Virus record (IMG/VR): IMGVR_UViG_3300032397_000002
Span: 65,579-97,578 of that record
Strand: one strand, 5' to 3'
Origin: a virus
DNA length: 32,000 nt
In this document: piece after piece, positions 8,401 to 15,411 of the stretch
Layout: the number at the start of each line of letters is the position of its first letter
How positions within the stretch are numbered: position 1 is the first letter of the stretch
Translations under genes and position numbers: made by a program
Notes under the pieces: model-generated
Databases searched by the model: none
What the model saw: only the letters and a program-made list of their open reading frames with translations
What the model was told of the DNA's origin: nothing

Positions 8401-10223
8401 ACGAGCTGTTGGCCAAGACGGTGGGCTTCCTGATGTACCCCCGCCTGGGACAGGACAAGGTCACCAACAGGCCGATGGTGCATGAGCCTGCCGTCCATCA
8501 GAAACTGGCTGAGGCGAACAACCGAGCAAACCCATCGGCCAACCTCGGCTTCGTCAGGGCCTCCGCCCTCGATAGGGAGCCTACGCCACCTGAGGCGAGA
8601 TGGACTACGATGAGCATGAGGGGTGGCCGCGCACCGAATGCTCACCTCGGTACCATGGGCCACGAGACTCAGCACGGCATCTTCACACACCTCAAGCAGG
8701 TCTACGGCAAGGAGGCTGGCCATCGCATCATCGCCACAACTCTGACCGCCCTCGACCCATCCGAGCATAAGCACCTGAAAAATCTCACGAATTGGGCTAT
8801 CAAGAGCTACGATTCCGTCAGGCATCCAGAGGAGCGGATCGCTTACCTCCAGAACTACCTTCAGGACCAGATGTGGAGGGCCAAGGCCCACAAGCACATG
8901 AAGATTCTCGGCCACCGCAATGCCGAGAAGGCCAGCCACGACATTGCCAAGGGCATCTGGAAGAAGCTCAAGCTCCGCGCCGAGGCTCTGACCCCCCAAG
9001 AGGTTGGCGTCATCCGCAAGTCCGAGCTTGACATCATTCGAGACTGGGTGAGCCTGAAGACGGGAGATGTACAAGTTGAGCAGTTTGTCAAGTCTGACCC
9101 TGATGTGGGGTATGATAGTACCTACGAGGACCAGTTGGGTATGCAGTCGAAGTTTGAGGCTTTTCTGAAAGCAGGCAAGTTCTTGGCTCACGCGGAGCCA
9201 GACCTTGGTCTGTTTCGGCAGGCCATGCTGGCTGGCCTCGACCTCGATGCTGCAGTGCTCACCTCGGTGGGCCTGGAGGTTGACCACAAGAGCCGCCGGG
9301 CACTGCTGGCTGTCGTGTCCCTGCAGGATGGCAAGCTCGGCAAGGCCGACGTACATCGGACCCACGAAGTCCATGCTTTGATGCCAGACGGCGCCGATGT
9401 GGCCGATGGTGTGCGAAGGGGCTTCAGTGCAGAGACTGAGCAAGACCTGCACCTGGGTGGTCGCCACAGCAAGGGCACCATGATGGTCAGGGACCCGGAC
9501 ACGGGCATGATGTATCTCATCAAACCGGGCAGCGGCAACCAGAGCCCAGCCATGGGTGCGCGTGAAGAGGGTGCCAATCAGAGCCGGCGCGAAGCCGCCT
9601 TCTGGCATGTCGCCGACGTCCTCGGTCTTGGCAATCGTGTGCCACGAGCAGACTTGCTTCTGATTGATGGGCAAGAAGTAGCTGCTCTTCATTTGCTCCC
9701 GTTCAGCTGGAAGAACCTGGAGAAGCTCAAGTTCCAAGACCCGGGCCTGCCACACAAGGCGCTGGAGAAGTACCGCTCCACCGGCGAGCTGCACAAGTGG
9801 GCTGTCCTGGACTACCTCCTGGGCAACCCCGACCGCCATGGCCAGAATCTGATGGTTGGGCCGGAGAAGGATGACCACCCAGTGGCCCTCATTGACCACG
9901 GTAGCGCCTTCGCGGGGCCCAGCTTCGACCCGGCCAGAGACAAGAACTCCTTCATCCCCTACTACCTGCGAGCTTGGAGGGGTGACACCTGGAAGGACCT
10001 GACCCCAGAGCAGCGCCTTCGTGCCATGCCATCATTGGCGCGAGACGCCGACGATCAACTCAGAACCTGGCTTGAGGGCGTCCACGCCGGCGATGTTGAA
10101 CAGATTCTGGCGCGGTACGGTATCGACCCAGCACCCAGCCTGCAGCGCATGGTCCGCCTGAAGCAGCTCCTGGCCGAGCCCAGCGTGAGTCAGGCCATCA
10201 ACCGACTTTGGCTGGCGACGTAA
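5490..10223 (+). CDS. Polyvalent multidomain virion/ejection-type protein (Nudix + GNAT-like + TM + lytic transglycosylase + LRV/HEAT-like repeats + HExxH + PI3/4-kinase-like)
   Basis: Uninterrupted 1577-codon ORF with a GTG start and AGGGGG SD. Individual domains are listed as separate features below. Confidence 0.9.
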   Translation: MKLGKSQREKEPTKVASVAAFNPDGLLLFGLRNDTEKWTLPGGHFEPGEEPIEAARRELEEETGLKGENFEFLGVGAVKEDLHIYCFRCLVAGDPDGGEDPDEECSEWKWCEPCDIPEEVMGNLHSKKNITLRLLGIQEGEVEEPLEKKDLVVTKPFPVQHYSTTPGLKQLDPAFQGTGSAGQEKNRTKRIPRTYYYSRPGVPEAHVASAAHLYHGELPKGTRLYDMGNDSMGLMTGKWRQTKQGMMYDAPDRDRAEKKLKALGYHGYHNYGTQDALVYFHPLPVRHITKSEDLDKAVLDPNAGYAITHTVTQEPAQTTRRGAVQAKTYVKVLAHHNGSIVGALHLDGYHAGSPSITAFNIEVDPAHRRKGLASAMYAHAEKVTGLKASPSSTQSREGRLLWEGNNNTPQFGKSEESLQKGFMAAAAIAGAMAMGGASKPPAAPQEQVQQAPKPQMNEVAQASGMPAWTPEELHPDLIPIAHLESSFGQNMAHASHPKGEFHTAHGALGFKPITAHEEYTKSKFMNQKYPGLSSPEVFLEKFKGDNKFYNLLASAHFARLKARHGDPQKAAYAWRWGSTACANATDEQIKNDAYVQRYTAMQLHGKQLQKNTEEILSKGEFRSAAFKHKDGTVAETGVYHNIEPWLLGGSMSHRPDGPHNSSDWEAGFVTNGGAFMNRDQAAKHVSLHRYSPVTGELRNLDSQDPEAFGKEEEPPEGADTSFDFGANDPAQDQLHQKALKSIARMHPDNQKMAQAWIAFTRGQTTQRPVIHPDMERHLARFGIVDPKGFPYAENGRSMERVQAKTGPKRAPGAKRVEQPEGLRRYRGLDRDYFMPYQRSEEGENDLLKTEHDPLEAMLQHENPRERILALKNKHVTPYHLRMALDDEDPEVRAFAARHPKMTEPLIHEALHHESIHTRKAALSRPDLTSEHIQSVLFDPDIQTLAAMHPRCTEEQRSMVSDHHLTPPGLRHELLAKTVGFLMYPRLGQDKVTNRPMVHEPAVHQKLAEANNRANPSANLGFVRASALDREPTPPEARWTTMSMRGGRAPNAHLGTMGHETQHGIFTHLKQVYGKEAGHRIIATTLTALDPSEHKHLKNLTNWAIKSYDSVRHPEERIAYLQNYLQDQMWRAKAHKHMKILGHRNAEKASHDIAKGIWKKLKLRAEALTPQEVGVIRKSELDIIRDWVSLKTGDVQVEQFVKSDPDVGYDSTYEDQLGMQSKFEAFLKAGKFLAHAEPDLGLFRQAMLAGLDLDAAVLTSVGLEVDHKSRRALLAVVSLQDGKLGKADVHRTHEVHALMPDGADVADGVRRGFSAETEQDLHLGGRHSKGTMMVRDPDTGMMYLIKPGSGNQSPAMGAREEGANQSRREAAFWHVADVLGLGNRVPRADLLLIDGQEVAALHLLPFSWKNLEKLKFQDPGLPHKALEKYRSTGELHKWAVLDYLLGNPDRHGQNLMVGPEKDDHPVALIDHGSAFAGPSFDPARDKNSFIPYYLRAWRGDTWKDLTPEQRLRAMPSLARDADDQLRTWLEGVHAGDVEQILARYGIDPAPSLQRMVRLKQLLAEPSVSQAINRLWLAT
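5526..5900 (+). other. Nudix hydrolase domain of the polyvalent protein
   Basis: A perfect Nudix box, GX5EX7REUXEEXGU, reads G43-HFEPG-E49-EPIEAAR-R57-E-L-E-E-E-T-G-L65 (nt 5616-5684). Confidence 0.85.
6357..6737 (+). other. GNAT-like acetyltransferase module (copy 1)
   Basis: ITAFNIEVDPAHRRKGLASAMYAHAEKV carries the acetyl-CoA motif A (R-x-x-G-x-A). The whole module, LDKAVLDPNAGY...PQFGKSE, is paralogous to 12579-12917. Confidence 0.6.
6750..6803 (+). other. Predicted transmembrane/hydrophobic segment
   Basis: GFMAAAAIAGAMAMGGAS, followed by a P/Q-rich linker and then the SLT domain. Confidence 0.5.
6918..7300 (+). other. Lytic transglycosylase (SLT-like) domain
   Basis: LIPIAHLESSFGQN supplies the catalytic Glu in the E-S motif (codon 6939-6941). 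It is followed by HGALGFKPITA and AAYAWRWGS, which is typical goose-type/SLT architecture. Confidence 0.7.
8067..8360 (+). other. Leucine-rich-variant/HEAT-like helical repeats
   Basis: Periodic DDEDPEVRAFAARHP / HESIHTRKAALSRPD / DPDIQTLAAMHP units. Confidence 0.45.
8661..8675 (+). other. HExxH (zincin-like) motif
   Basis: GTMGHETQHGIF (H1058-E-T-Q-H1062). It is a single motif and the fold is unverified. Confidence 0.35.
9450..9965 (+). other. PI3K/PI4K-like atypical kinase catalytic core
   Basis: MMYLIKPG provides a candidate ATP-binding Lys. The catalytic loop is DYLLGNPDRHGQNLMV (DRHxxN, nt 9831-9848). LIDHGSAF is the DFG equivalent (9894-9902). Confidence 0.55.
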
Positions 10224-10686
10224 GCTCGCTGATGTAGCTCCAAAGCCTCTGGTATTCTGCTACAGCCTCATCTCGCTGTTTGGTCAGCTCAGCGACCTCC
10301 TCCTTCAAAAGCCTAACTCGTTCTTCGCTGTGCCTTTCGATGGGTTCGGAGGGCGGTATGACTATGTGGAAACTCTCCCCGCTCTCCTCGGGCCTGAGGA
10401 TTCGTTCTACCCGCCGACACTTGTATTCTTTTCCCTCATCCGGGATTGGAATCTGGCCGTAGTAGAGGTCGGATAGGGTTCTTTGGATTGCCTGCATCCG
10501 CTGAAACTTCTGCCTGTCGGTCAAGACCTCTCCGGTTCGGCTGATTCCACGAACCGTAAGCTCGTAGACTTCCGTCGGAGTAAATCCATGGGTGCCGGCC
10601 ATTCTCAGAATGGCCAGCATTTCGCCTTCGCTTTTACTGAACCGCTCTTTGACCTCTGTGAATGCTACGAGTTGTGCTTCGCTCAT
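10198..10686 (-). CDS. Reverse-oriented hypothetical protein, possible winged-helix DNA-binding regulator with C-terminal coiled coil
   Basis: 162 aa with SD GAGGT 5 nt upstream. The N-terminal SEGEMLAILRMAGTHGFTPTEVYELT looks wHTH-like. The 3' end overlaps the polyvalent ORF by 26 nt. G+C is lower (52-53% in two hand-counted 100-nt samples, against 62% at 9441-9540). Confidence 0.65.
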   Translation of the reverse strand: MSEAQLVAFTEVKERFSKSEGEMLAILRMAGTHGFTPTEVYELTVRGISRTGEVLTDRQKFQRMQAIQRTLSDLYYGQIPIPDEGKEYKCRRVERILRPEESGESFHIVIPPSEPIERHSEERVRLLKEEVAELTKQRDEAVAEYQRLWSYISELTSPAKVG

Positions 10687-10692
10687 ACCCTA

Positions 10693-10721
10693 CCTCTATC
10701 AGGCCCCAAATTGGGTGTCAA
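10693..10721 (-). promoter_or_regulatory. Candidate sigma70-type promoter for the reverse gene
   Basis: On the minus strand: TTGACA (plus 10716-10721), a 17-nt spacer, then TG-A-TAGAGG (a weak -10 with a TGn extension), then 6 nt, then ATG. Confidence 0.3.
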
Positions 10722-10725
10722 GGCC

Positions 10726-10735
10726 GGCAATCTTC
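10726..10735 (+). promoter_or_regulatory. Conserved upstream motif copy 3 (GGCAATCTTC)
   Basis: Lies in the divergent gap 10687-10756, 22 nt before ATG 10757, and is followed by the SD AGAAGAGG. Confidence 0.4.
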
Positions 10736-10756
10736 TTTTCAGAAGAGGTATCCAAA

Positions 10757-11071
10757 ATGGACCTAAGCGCAAAGCAAATCGATGAGAAACCCAAGAAGGT
10801 TGGGGTACTTAAGGGGCGACCCGTGTACCACCTTCGCACCAAGGGTGGTCTCCACATCCTTGTCACCCCAGGCGGCACTGGCTACGAAACCCTTGGAACT
10901 GGCCCCCATCGAGCCGTGGCACGTCACATCGCCCAGAAGCACGAGCCCGAGATTGTCTGGTCCGAGCTGAGCAAGTCCGACCACGTCGACATCGAGGCCT
11001 TCGAGTTGGTTCTCCCCAAGTACGAGAGTCTCACCGACGCCCTCAGGGCCATCTGTGAGCCGGTGAAGTAA
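10757..11071 (+). CDS. Hypothetical protein
   Basis: 104 aa from ATG 10757 with SD AGAAGAGG. The longer track ORF starting at 10592 would run antisense through the reverse gene. Confidence 0.6.
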   Translation: MDLSAKQIDEKPKKVGVLKGRPVYHLRTKGGLHILVTPGGTGYETLGTGPHRAVARHIAQKHEPEIVWSELSKSDHVDIEAFELVLPKYESLTDALRAICEPVK

Positions 11072-11072
11072 C

Positions 11073-11942
11073 ATGGCAAGAGACGGTCGTAAACCTATCG
11101 AGCCGATGGCGATAGATCAACGTGACATTGAAGTATCGTTCGACCCTGATGCTTTCGACGCAGCCCTCCGTAGCCATGGTGTCAGTTTGGTGCACTATGT
11201 GGCCCTACGTTGCCCTGTCGGCATGACGGACCTCGATGACAACCGTCGCCCCCACGAAGACCACGCAGGCTGCAGCAACGGTTTCCTCTACTCCAAGGCC
11301 GGCTGTATCAAGGCCCTCATGGTTGGCAACCAGAACAAGCAGGACCTCCGTGACATCGGCTTTGTAGATGGGGCCAGCGCCACCTCCACCTTCCCACGCA
11401 CCTACGAGGACGGGGAGAAGGACTTCTACCTTGCCCCCTACGACCGCTTCTACCTCAATGAGGAGAGTATCACCGTCCCCACCTGGCAGCTGAGCCGTTG
11501 CAATGAGAGTGGAACGGAACGTTTGGCCTTCCCCGCCGCCTGTGTTGAGCACCTGGTTGATTCAAGGGGCGACACCTACAAGGAGGGAGAGGACTTCCAT
11601 GTTCACAGTGGCCAGGTCTTGTGGCTGCCTGACGGGAAACGCCCCATCAACGACCTGGAAACGGGCCGTGGGTCTGTCATCAGCATCCGCTACCGCTATC
11701 GCCCCTTCTGGTACTGTGCTCGTCTCCTTCACGAGATTCGCGTTGCCCAGATTGAGCACCCCATCCTCGATGAAAGGCGCCTCATCCGCATGCCCCAGCA
11801 GGCCCTCCTCAATCGAGAGTTCTTGTTCCTCAACGAGAGCCATGACGACCAGGCCCGCCGAGACCCCAGGAACAAGGACTCTGGCCCGGAAAGTCCACGT
11901 CAGACCCCAGAACCAGACGATGGCGGCTTTGGTCCACGGTAA
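11073..11942 (+). CDS. Hypothetical protein (likely virion component, by context)
   Basis: 289 aa, starting 1 nt after the upstream stop. No motif recognised. Confidence 0.65.
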   Translation: MARDGRKPIEPMAIDQRDIEVSFDPDAFDAALRSHGVSLVHYVALRCPVGMTDLDDNRRPHEDHAGCSNGFLYSKAGCIKALMVGNQNKQDLRDIGFVDGASATSTFPRTYEDGEKDFYLAPYDRFYLNEESITVPTWQLSRCNESGTERLAFPAACVEHLVDSRGDTYKEGEDFHVHSGQVLWLPDGKRPINDLETGRGSVISIRYRYRPFWYCARLLHEIRVAQIEHPILDERRLIRMPQQALLNREFLFLNESHDDQARRDPRNKDSGPESPRQTPEPDDGGFGPR

Positions 11943-11947
11943 TCTTT
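11938..11947 (+). promoter_or_regulatory. Conserved upstream motif copy 4 (GGTAATCTTT)
   Basis: Spans the upstream TAA stop, 11 nt before ATG 11958. TTGGAG lies between. Confidence 0.35.
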
Positions 11948-11957
11948 CCCCTTGGAG

Positions 11958-13277
11958 ATGACGATGTCCGACTTGGGCAGAAAATTCATGGCGGCGGCAC
12001 TTGGGAACGATGGGGCTCAGGCCCTCCGCAAGGCTGCTGAGCGTGAACCTGCCCTAGACCAGGTCCTCATCCCTCGCGCCATTGTAGGCTGGCTGTCTTT
12101 CACCACCGAGCATGAGTACGAAGGCCAGATTCCAGGTGTTGAGAACAGCTACGTGCAGTTTCAGAAGTCAGACAGCGGCTTCAGTGGCAGCATCACCCTC
12201 AATGAGGGCATCTACAGCTTTGAAAATGCCAGTCTCTACCACCTCGCTGCCAGCATCGCAATGGCCCTGGGCGTCGAGACGGGTTCCTTGGAGGCTGGGG
12301 TTCGAGATACGGTCCTGGTGAAGCTGGGCAAGAGCATCGACACCTTGGCCAAGGCTCAAATTCTGATGGCAGAGCTGAGGTCCCCCAAAACGCTTCAGCC
12401 ACAGAAGATGTCAAGTCACGGCGCTTACCATGTGGAACACATGGGCCAGGGCGATAGGCCCTACTTGGTTGTCCACAGTCTCTCCAAGTCGACTGTCCAG
12501 CGTGGGATTGCAAGTCTCAAGGACGCCGGAGAAATCGCCACCTGGCACCACAAGAAGTACAAGGGCGCCTTCCATCCAAACCTGGACAAGGCTGTATTGG
12601 ACCCCAAACTGGGCTACCAAATCCATCACGAGGAAGCACCAGAAATTGCCGGCTCAGGCCCACTGCTTCGCATCAAGGCGGTTGCACCAAACGGGCAAAC
12701 CGTTGGCCACGCGCTCTTCACTCATCACGGTCCACATCTGCAGCCGGCCACTGTAGCTGTTGACGAAGACCACCAGCGTCGAGGTCTTGGCTCTGCCATG
12801 TATGCTCACGCCGAGAAGGTCACAGGCAAGAAGTTGATTCCATCGAAACTCCAGACTGACGAAGGTCAGGCACTCTGGTCAGGTAACACCAAGAACCCGC
12901 AGTTCGGCAAGGTCGAACTCCCCGGGCACGCACATCTCCCTACCCAGCAGCAAGGCCCCCAGGGCGCCATGCCACCCCAGAAGCAGCCAGCGATGGGTCA
13001 GGCCACTCAGGGTGCAGCACCCAAGCCCAAGCTCCCCAAGGCGCCCAAGCAGCCCCCTCTCGCGGTCGGCAAGTCCGAGTCTGAGCAGGCCTGCGAGGTC
13101 TGTGGTGGGCACCAGTTCGAGAGCAACAAGTTCAGGGGCTGCATCTGTTTCAGGGACTTGGCCAAGAGCATCAAGACCACCGCCTATGGCGACGGCTACG
13201 TGTTGGACTTCAGCTCCAGCATCGATGCCGACACAGTCAGGGCTCTGATGAAGACTTTCAGGAGCCACAATGGATAA
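11958..13277 (+). CDS. GNAT-like domain protein with P/Q-rich linker and C-terminal Cys cluster
   Basis: The start is ambiguous (TTG 11952, ATG 11958 or ATG 11964). It carries GNAT-like module copy 2, ATVAVDEDHQRRGLGSAMYAHAEKV (Q-x-x-G-x-G), and a Zn-ribbon-like CEVCGGHQFESNKFRGCIC. Confidence 0.75.
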   Translation: MTMSDLGRKFMAAALGNDGAQALRKAAEREPALDQVLIPRAIVGWLSFTTEHEYEGQIPGVENSYVQFQKSDSGFSGSITLNEGIYSFENASLYHLAASIAMALGVETGSLEAGVRDTVLVKLGKSIDTLAKAQILMAELRSPKTLQPQKMSSHGAYHVEHMGQGDRPYLVVHSLSKSTVQRGIASLKDAGEIATWHHKKYKGAFHPNLDKAVLDPKLGYQIHHEEAPEIAGSGPLLRIKAVAPNGQTVGHALFTHHGPHLQPATVAVDEDHQRRGLGSAMYAHAEKVTGKKLIPSKLQTDEGQALWSGNTKNPQFGKVELPGHAHLPTQQQGPQGAMPPQKQPAMGQATQGAAPKPKLPKAPKQPPLAVGKSESEQACEVCGGHQFESNKFRGCICFRDLAKSIKTTAYGDGYVLDFSSSIDADTVRALMKTFRSHNG

Positions 13278-14295
13278 CGCACCCCACTGGAACGGTCGGA
13301 AGATCGCCAAAGACGAAGACAAGCACGATCTGGAGTCGAGGGCTGCCGTCTACGAGTTCAAGCACCGGATGGCCCGGCCTGACGCCGAGCATCGCGCCCA
13401 CCACGAGTACAAGCAGGACAAGCACCGTGAGGCAGCTGCGTACCACATGCAGGGGCTCAAGGCAGCTCAAGCCGCTGGCAGCCACGAAGAAGGCCACAAG
13501 CACGGCATGATGTACCAGCTCCACATGAAAGAGCTGGGCTTGGACCCCATGGGGCCGGTTCCCCACGAAATCAAGGGCCTGGCTGACAAACAGGACAAGT
13601 TCTACCACTTCAAGGCTCATCGAGGCGACGCCTTCTTGCTCCAGGATGATGGTGTGAAGAAGTCCGAGCTGGCCAAGGCCGACGGCAAGGTGCTTCCATT
13701 CAAGGGCAACCCCAACCCCAAGCAGGACCTGGGCCAGGATGCCAAGCAGGCCGGCTACATCAGGCCTGAGGGCTCTTTTGCCTACAAGCCGAAGGAGCAG
13801 GGCGGTGGGTGGAAGCCGGCGCCAGCACCAGAGCCACAGAAGGTTCCAGCGGGCTGGGACGCAGCGGTCAAAGAGACTGCAGCTGCAGGTTCTCAGGCTG
13901 CACCGCCGGCGGGAAACGTTCTCAGTGCCATGCCCAAGCTCAATGCCAGGGCAGAGTCCAGGAAGCAGCTGGCCCGCACCAAGGTCCAGGGCATCCTCGA
14001 AGATGCAGCCAGCATCATGGCGGAAGACCCAGGCTTCAAGGAAGCAGCTCGCCAACGCGATGTTGAGGCCAAGAAGGCCAAGCTCAAGGCCGGCGGCCAG
14101 CTTTACAAGGAAGGCCAGACGGTCTCGCACGTAGACCCCTCGCGGATTCCTTGGAAGGGTGTCGTCCACTCTGGTGGCTACCAGGAGAACGGCATCGATG
14201 GCCCTGGACACTACTACGAGGTCCGTTGGTGGAATCCGAAGTTGAAACAACACCACGAAGACCTCTACCACCAAGACGACCTGAAGCCGGGGTAA
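13270..14295 (+). CDS. Hypothetical His/Lys-rich protein
   Basis: 341 aa with an 8-nt overlap with the upstream gene. The N-terminal half is His-rich, followed by an A/P-rich linker and a small beta-rich C-terminal region (WKGVVHSGGYQENGIDGPGHYYEVRWW). Confidence 0.65.
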   Translation: MDNAPHWNGRKIAKDEDKHDLESRAAVYEFKHRMARPDAEHRAHHEYKQDKHREAAAYHMQGLKAAQAAGSHEEGHKHGMMYQLHMKELGLDPMGPVPHEIKGLADKQDKFYHFKAHRGDAFLLQDDGVKKSELAKADGKVLPFKGNPNPKQDLGQDAKQAGYIRPEGSFAYKPKEQGGGWKPAPAPEPQKVPAGWDAAVKETAAAGSQAAPPAGNVLSAMPKLNARAESRKQLARTKVQGILEDAASIMAEDPGFKEAARQRDVEAKKAKLKAGGQLYKEGQTVSHVDPSRIPWKGVVHSGGYQENGIDGPGHYYEVRWWNPKLKQHHEDLYHQDDLKPG

Positions 14296-14298
14296 GAC

Positions 14299-14910
14299 AT
14301 GAGCAAGTTCGAAGACGCGATTCCAGTCATCATGGCCCACGAGGGCACCGACACCAACTTCTGGGTCGATGACCCGGCTGACCCGGGCGGTGAGACCGTC
14401 TGGGGTTGGTCGATGCTGACCATCAAGAAGCTCGGCCTGACCCCCCAGGACCTCGGCCTGCCTCAACTCGTGTTCACCCCCGGCTGTCTCAAGGCCGTCA
14501 GCAAGCAGACCTGCCAGAGCCTCTACCGGAAGTTCTTCTGGAACCAGCTCGGCTACCAGAACGTGGCCGACCAGACCGCTGCCACCAAGATGATGGACGC
14601 CGCTGTCAACATGGGCCCCAAGAGGGCTGCGGAGTTCGCCCAGAGAGCCTGTAATGCCCTGGGTGCGGCCCTGGATGTGGACGGCAGCCTTGGAACCAAG
14701 AGCTGGGCAGCCATCAACGCCTGTGATTCCGAAGACTTTGTGAGGGCTTACGCCGACGAGATGTCGGCCTACTACCTCCGCATCATCGCCAGGAACCCAT
14801 CCTTGGCGAAGTTCCAGAAGAACTGGCTCAGGAGAGCACAGTGGGGCGTCAAGCCCAAAGCGCCCCCGGCACTTCCGCCGATGGCAACAGAACCGGTCGA
14901 AGAGCAGTAA
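14299..14910 (+). CDS. Glycoside hydrolase family 108-type lysozyme with C-terminal peptidoglycan-binding region
   Basis: IMAHEGTDTNFWVDDPADPGGETVWGWS matches the GH108 N-terminal EGG...DP.DPGG.T.YG signature. LDVDGSLGTKSWAAI resembles the PG_binding_3 motif. Confidence 0.8.
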   Translation: MSKFEDAIPVIMAHEGTDTNFWVDDPADPGGETVWGWSMLTIKKLGLTPQDLGLPQLVFTPGCLKAVSKQTCQSLYRKFFWNQLGYQNVADQTAATKMMDAAVNMGPKRAAEFAQRACNALGAALDVDGSLGTKSWAAINACDSEDFVRAYADEMSAYYLRIIARNPSLAKFQKNWLRRAQWGVKPKAPPALPPMATEPVEEQ

Positions 14911-14915
14911 TCTAA
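14906..14915 (+). promoter_or_regulatory. Conserved upstream motif, degenerate copy 5 (AGTAATCTAA)
   Basis: Spans the lysozyme TAA stop, 34 nt before ATG 14949. The core reads AATCTA instead of AATCTT. Confidence 0.25.
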
Positions 14916-14948
14916 CAGACGTACAACCTTCCCTTTGGGAGCAACACA

Positions 14949-15290
14949 ATGGCACTTTCAGAAAGCCTCACGAAGCGACTCATGCACGCAGTCACCGACC
15001 AGGACCTTGGCCGGGAGCTGGTGGACGCAGTTAACCAGGGCCAGGCGCTGGCCTCCCTCTGCTCTCACGGCGCGGCTGCTGCGATTGTGGCCACCAACGT
15101 GAGCCAGACCGTTGACTTCGGGGCCCTGAAGGTGGGCGACAAGATTCTCATCTTCCCTGCCGTAGCCGGCACGTCGCAGTTCCTGACGGTCGCTACGGCC
15201 GGCACCCTTGGCCAGGCCGCTGTTGTTGGCGACCTGTACCTGGTCCTCCGCGCCGACGCCGTACCTGCAGCTTCCAGCGTCAAGCTGTAA
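14949..15290 (+). CDS. Hypothetical protein
   Basis: 113 aa with SD GGGAG. Ala/Val-rich. Confidence 0.6.
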   Translation: MALSESLTKRLMHAVTDQDLGRELVDAVNQGQALASLCSHGAAAAIVATNVSQTVDFGALKVGDKILIFPAVAGTSQFLTVATAGTLGQAAVVGDLYLVLRADAVPAASSVKL

Positions 15291-15378
15291 GATGTGGTAG
15301 ACTGAAGCCATGAACAGCTACCATTGACGGCAGCGGTACCCAAAGCCCGCCGCCAGAGTTTCCCGAAGCCCAGAATGC

Positions 15379-15411
15379 CCCAGAACAGGGGTCTTCTGGG
15401 CTTTCATTTTT
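15379..15411 (+). terminator. Rho-independent terminator-like hairpin
   Basis: 7-bp stem CCCAGAA/TTCTGGG (15379-15385 with 15394-15400), an 8-nt loop, then CTTTCATTTTT. Confidence 0.55.
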
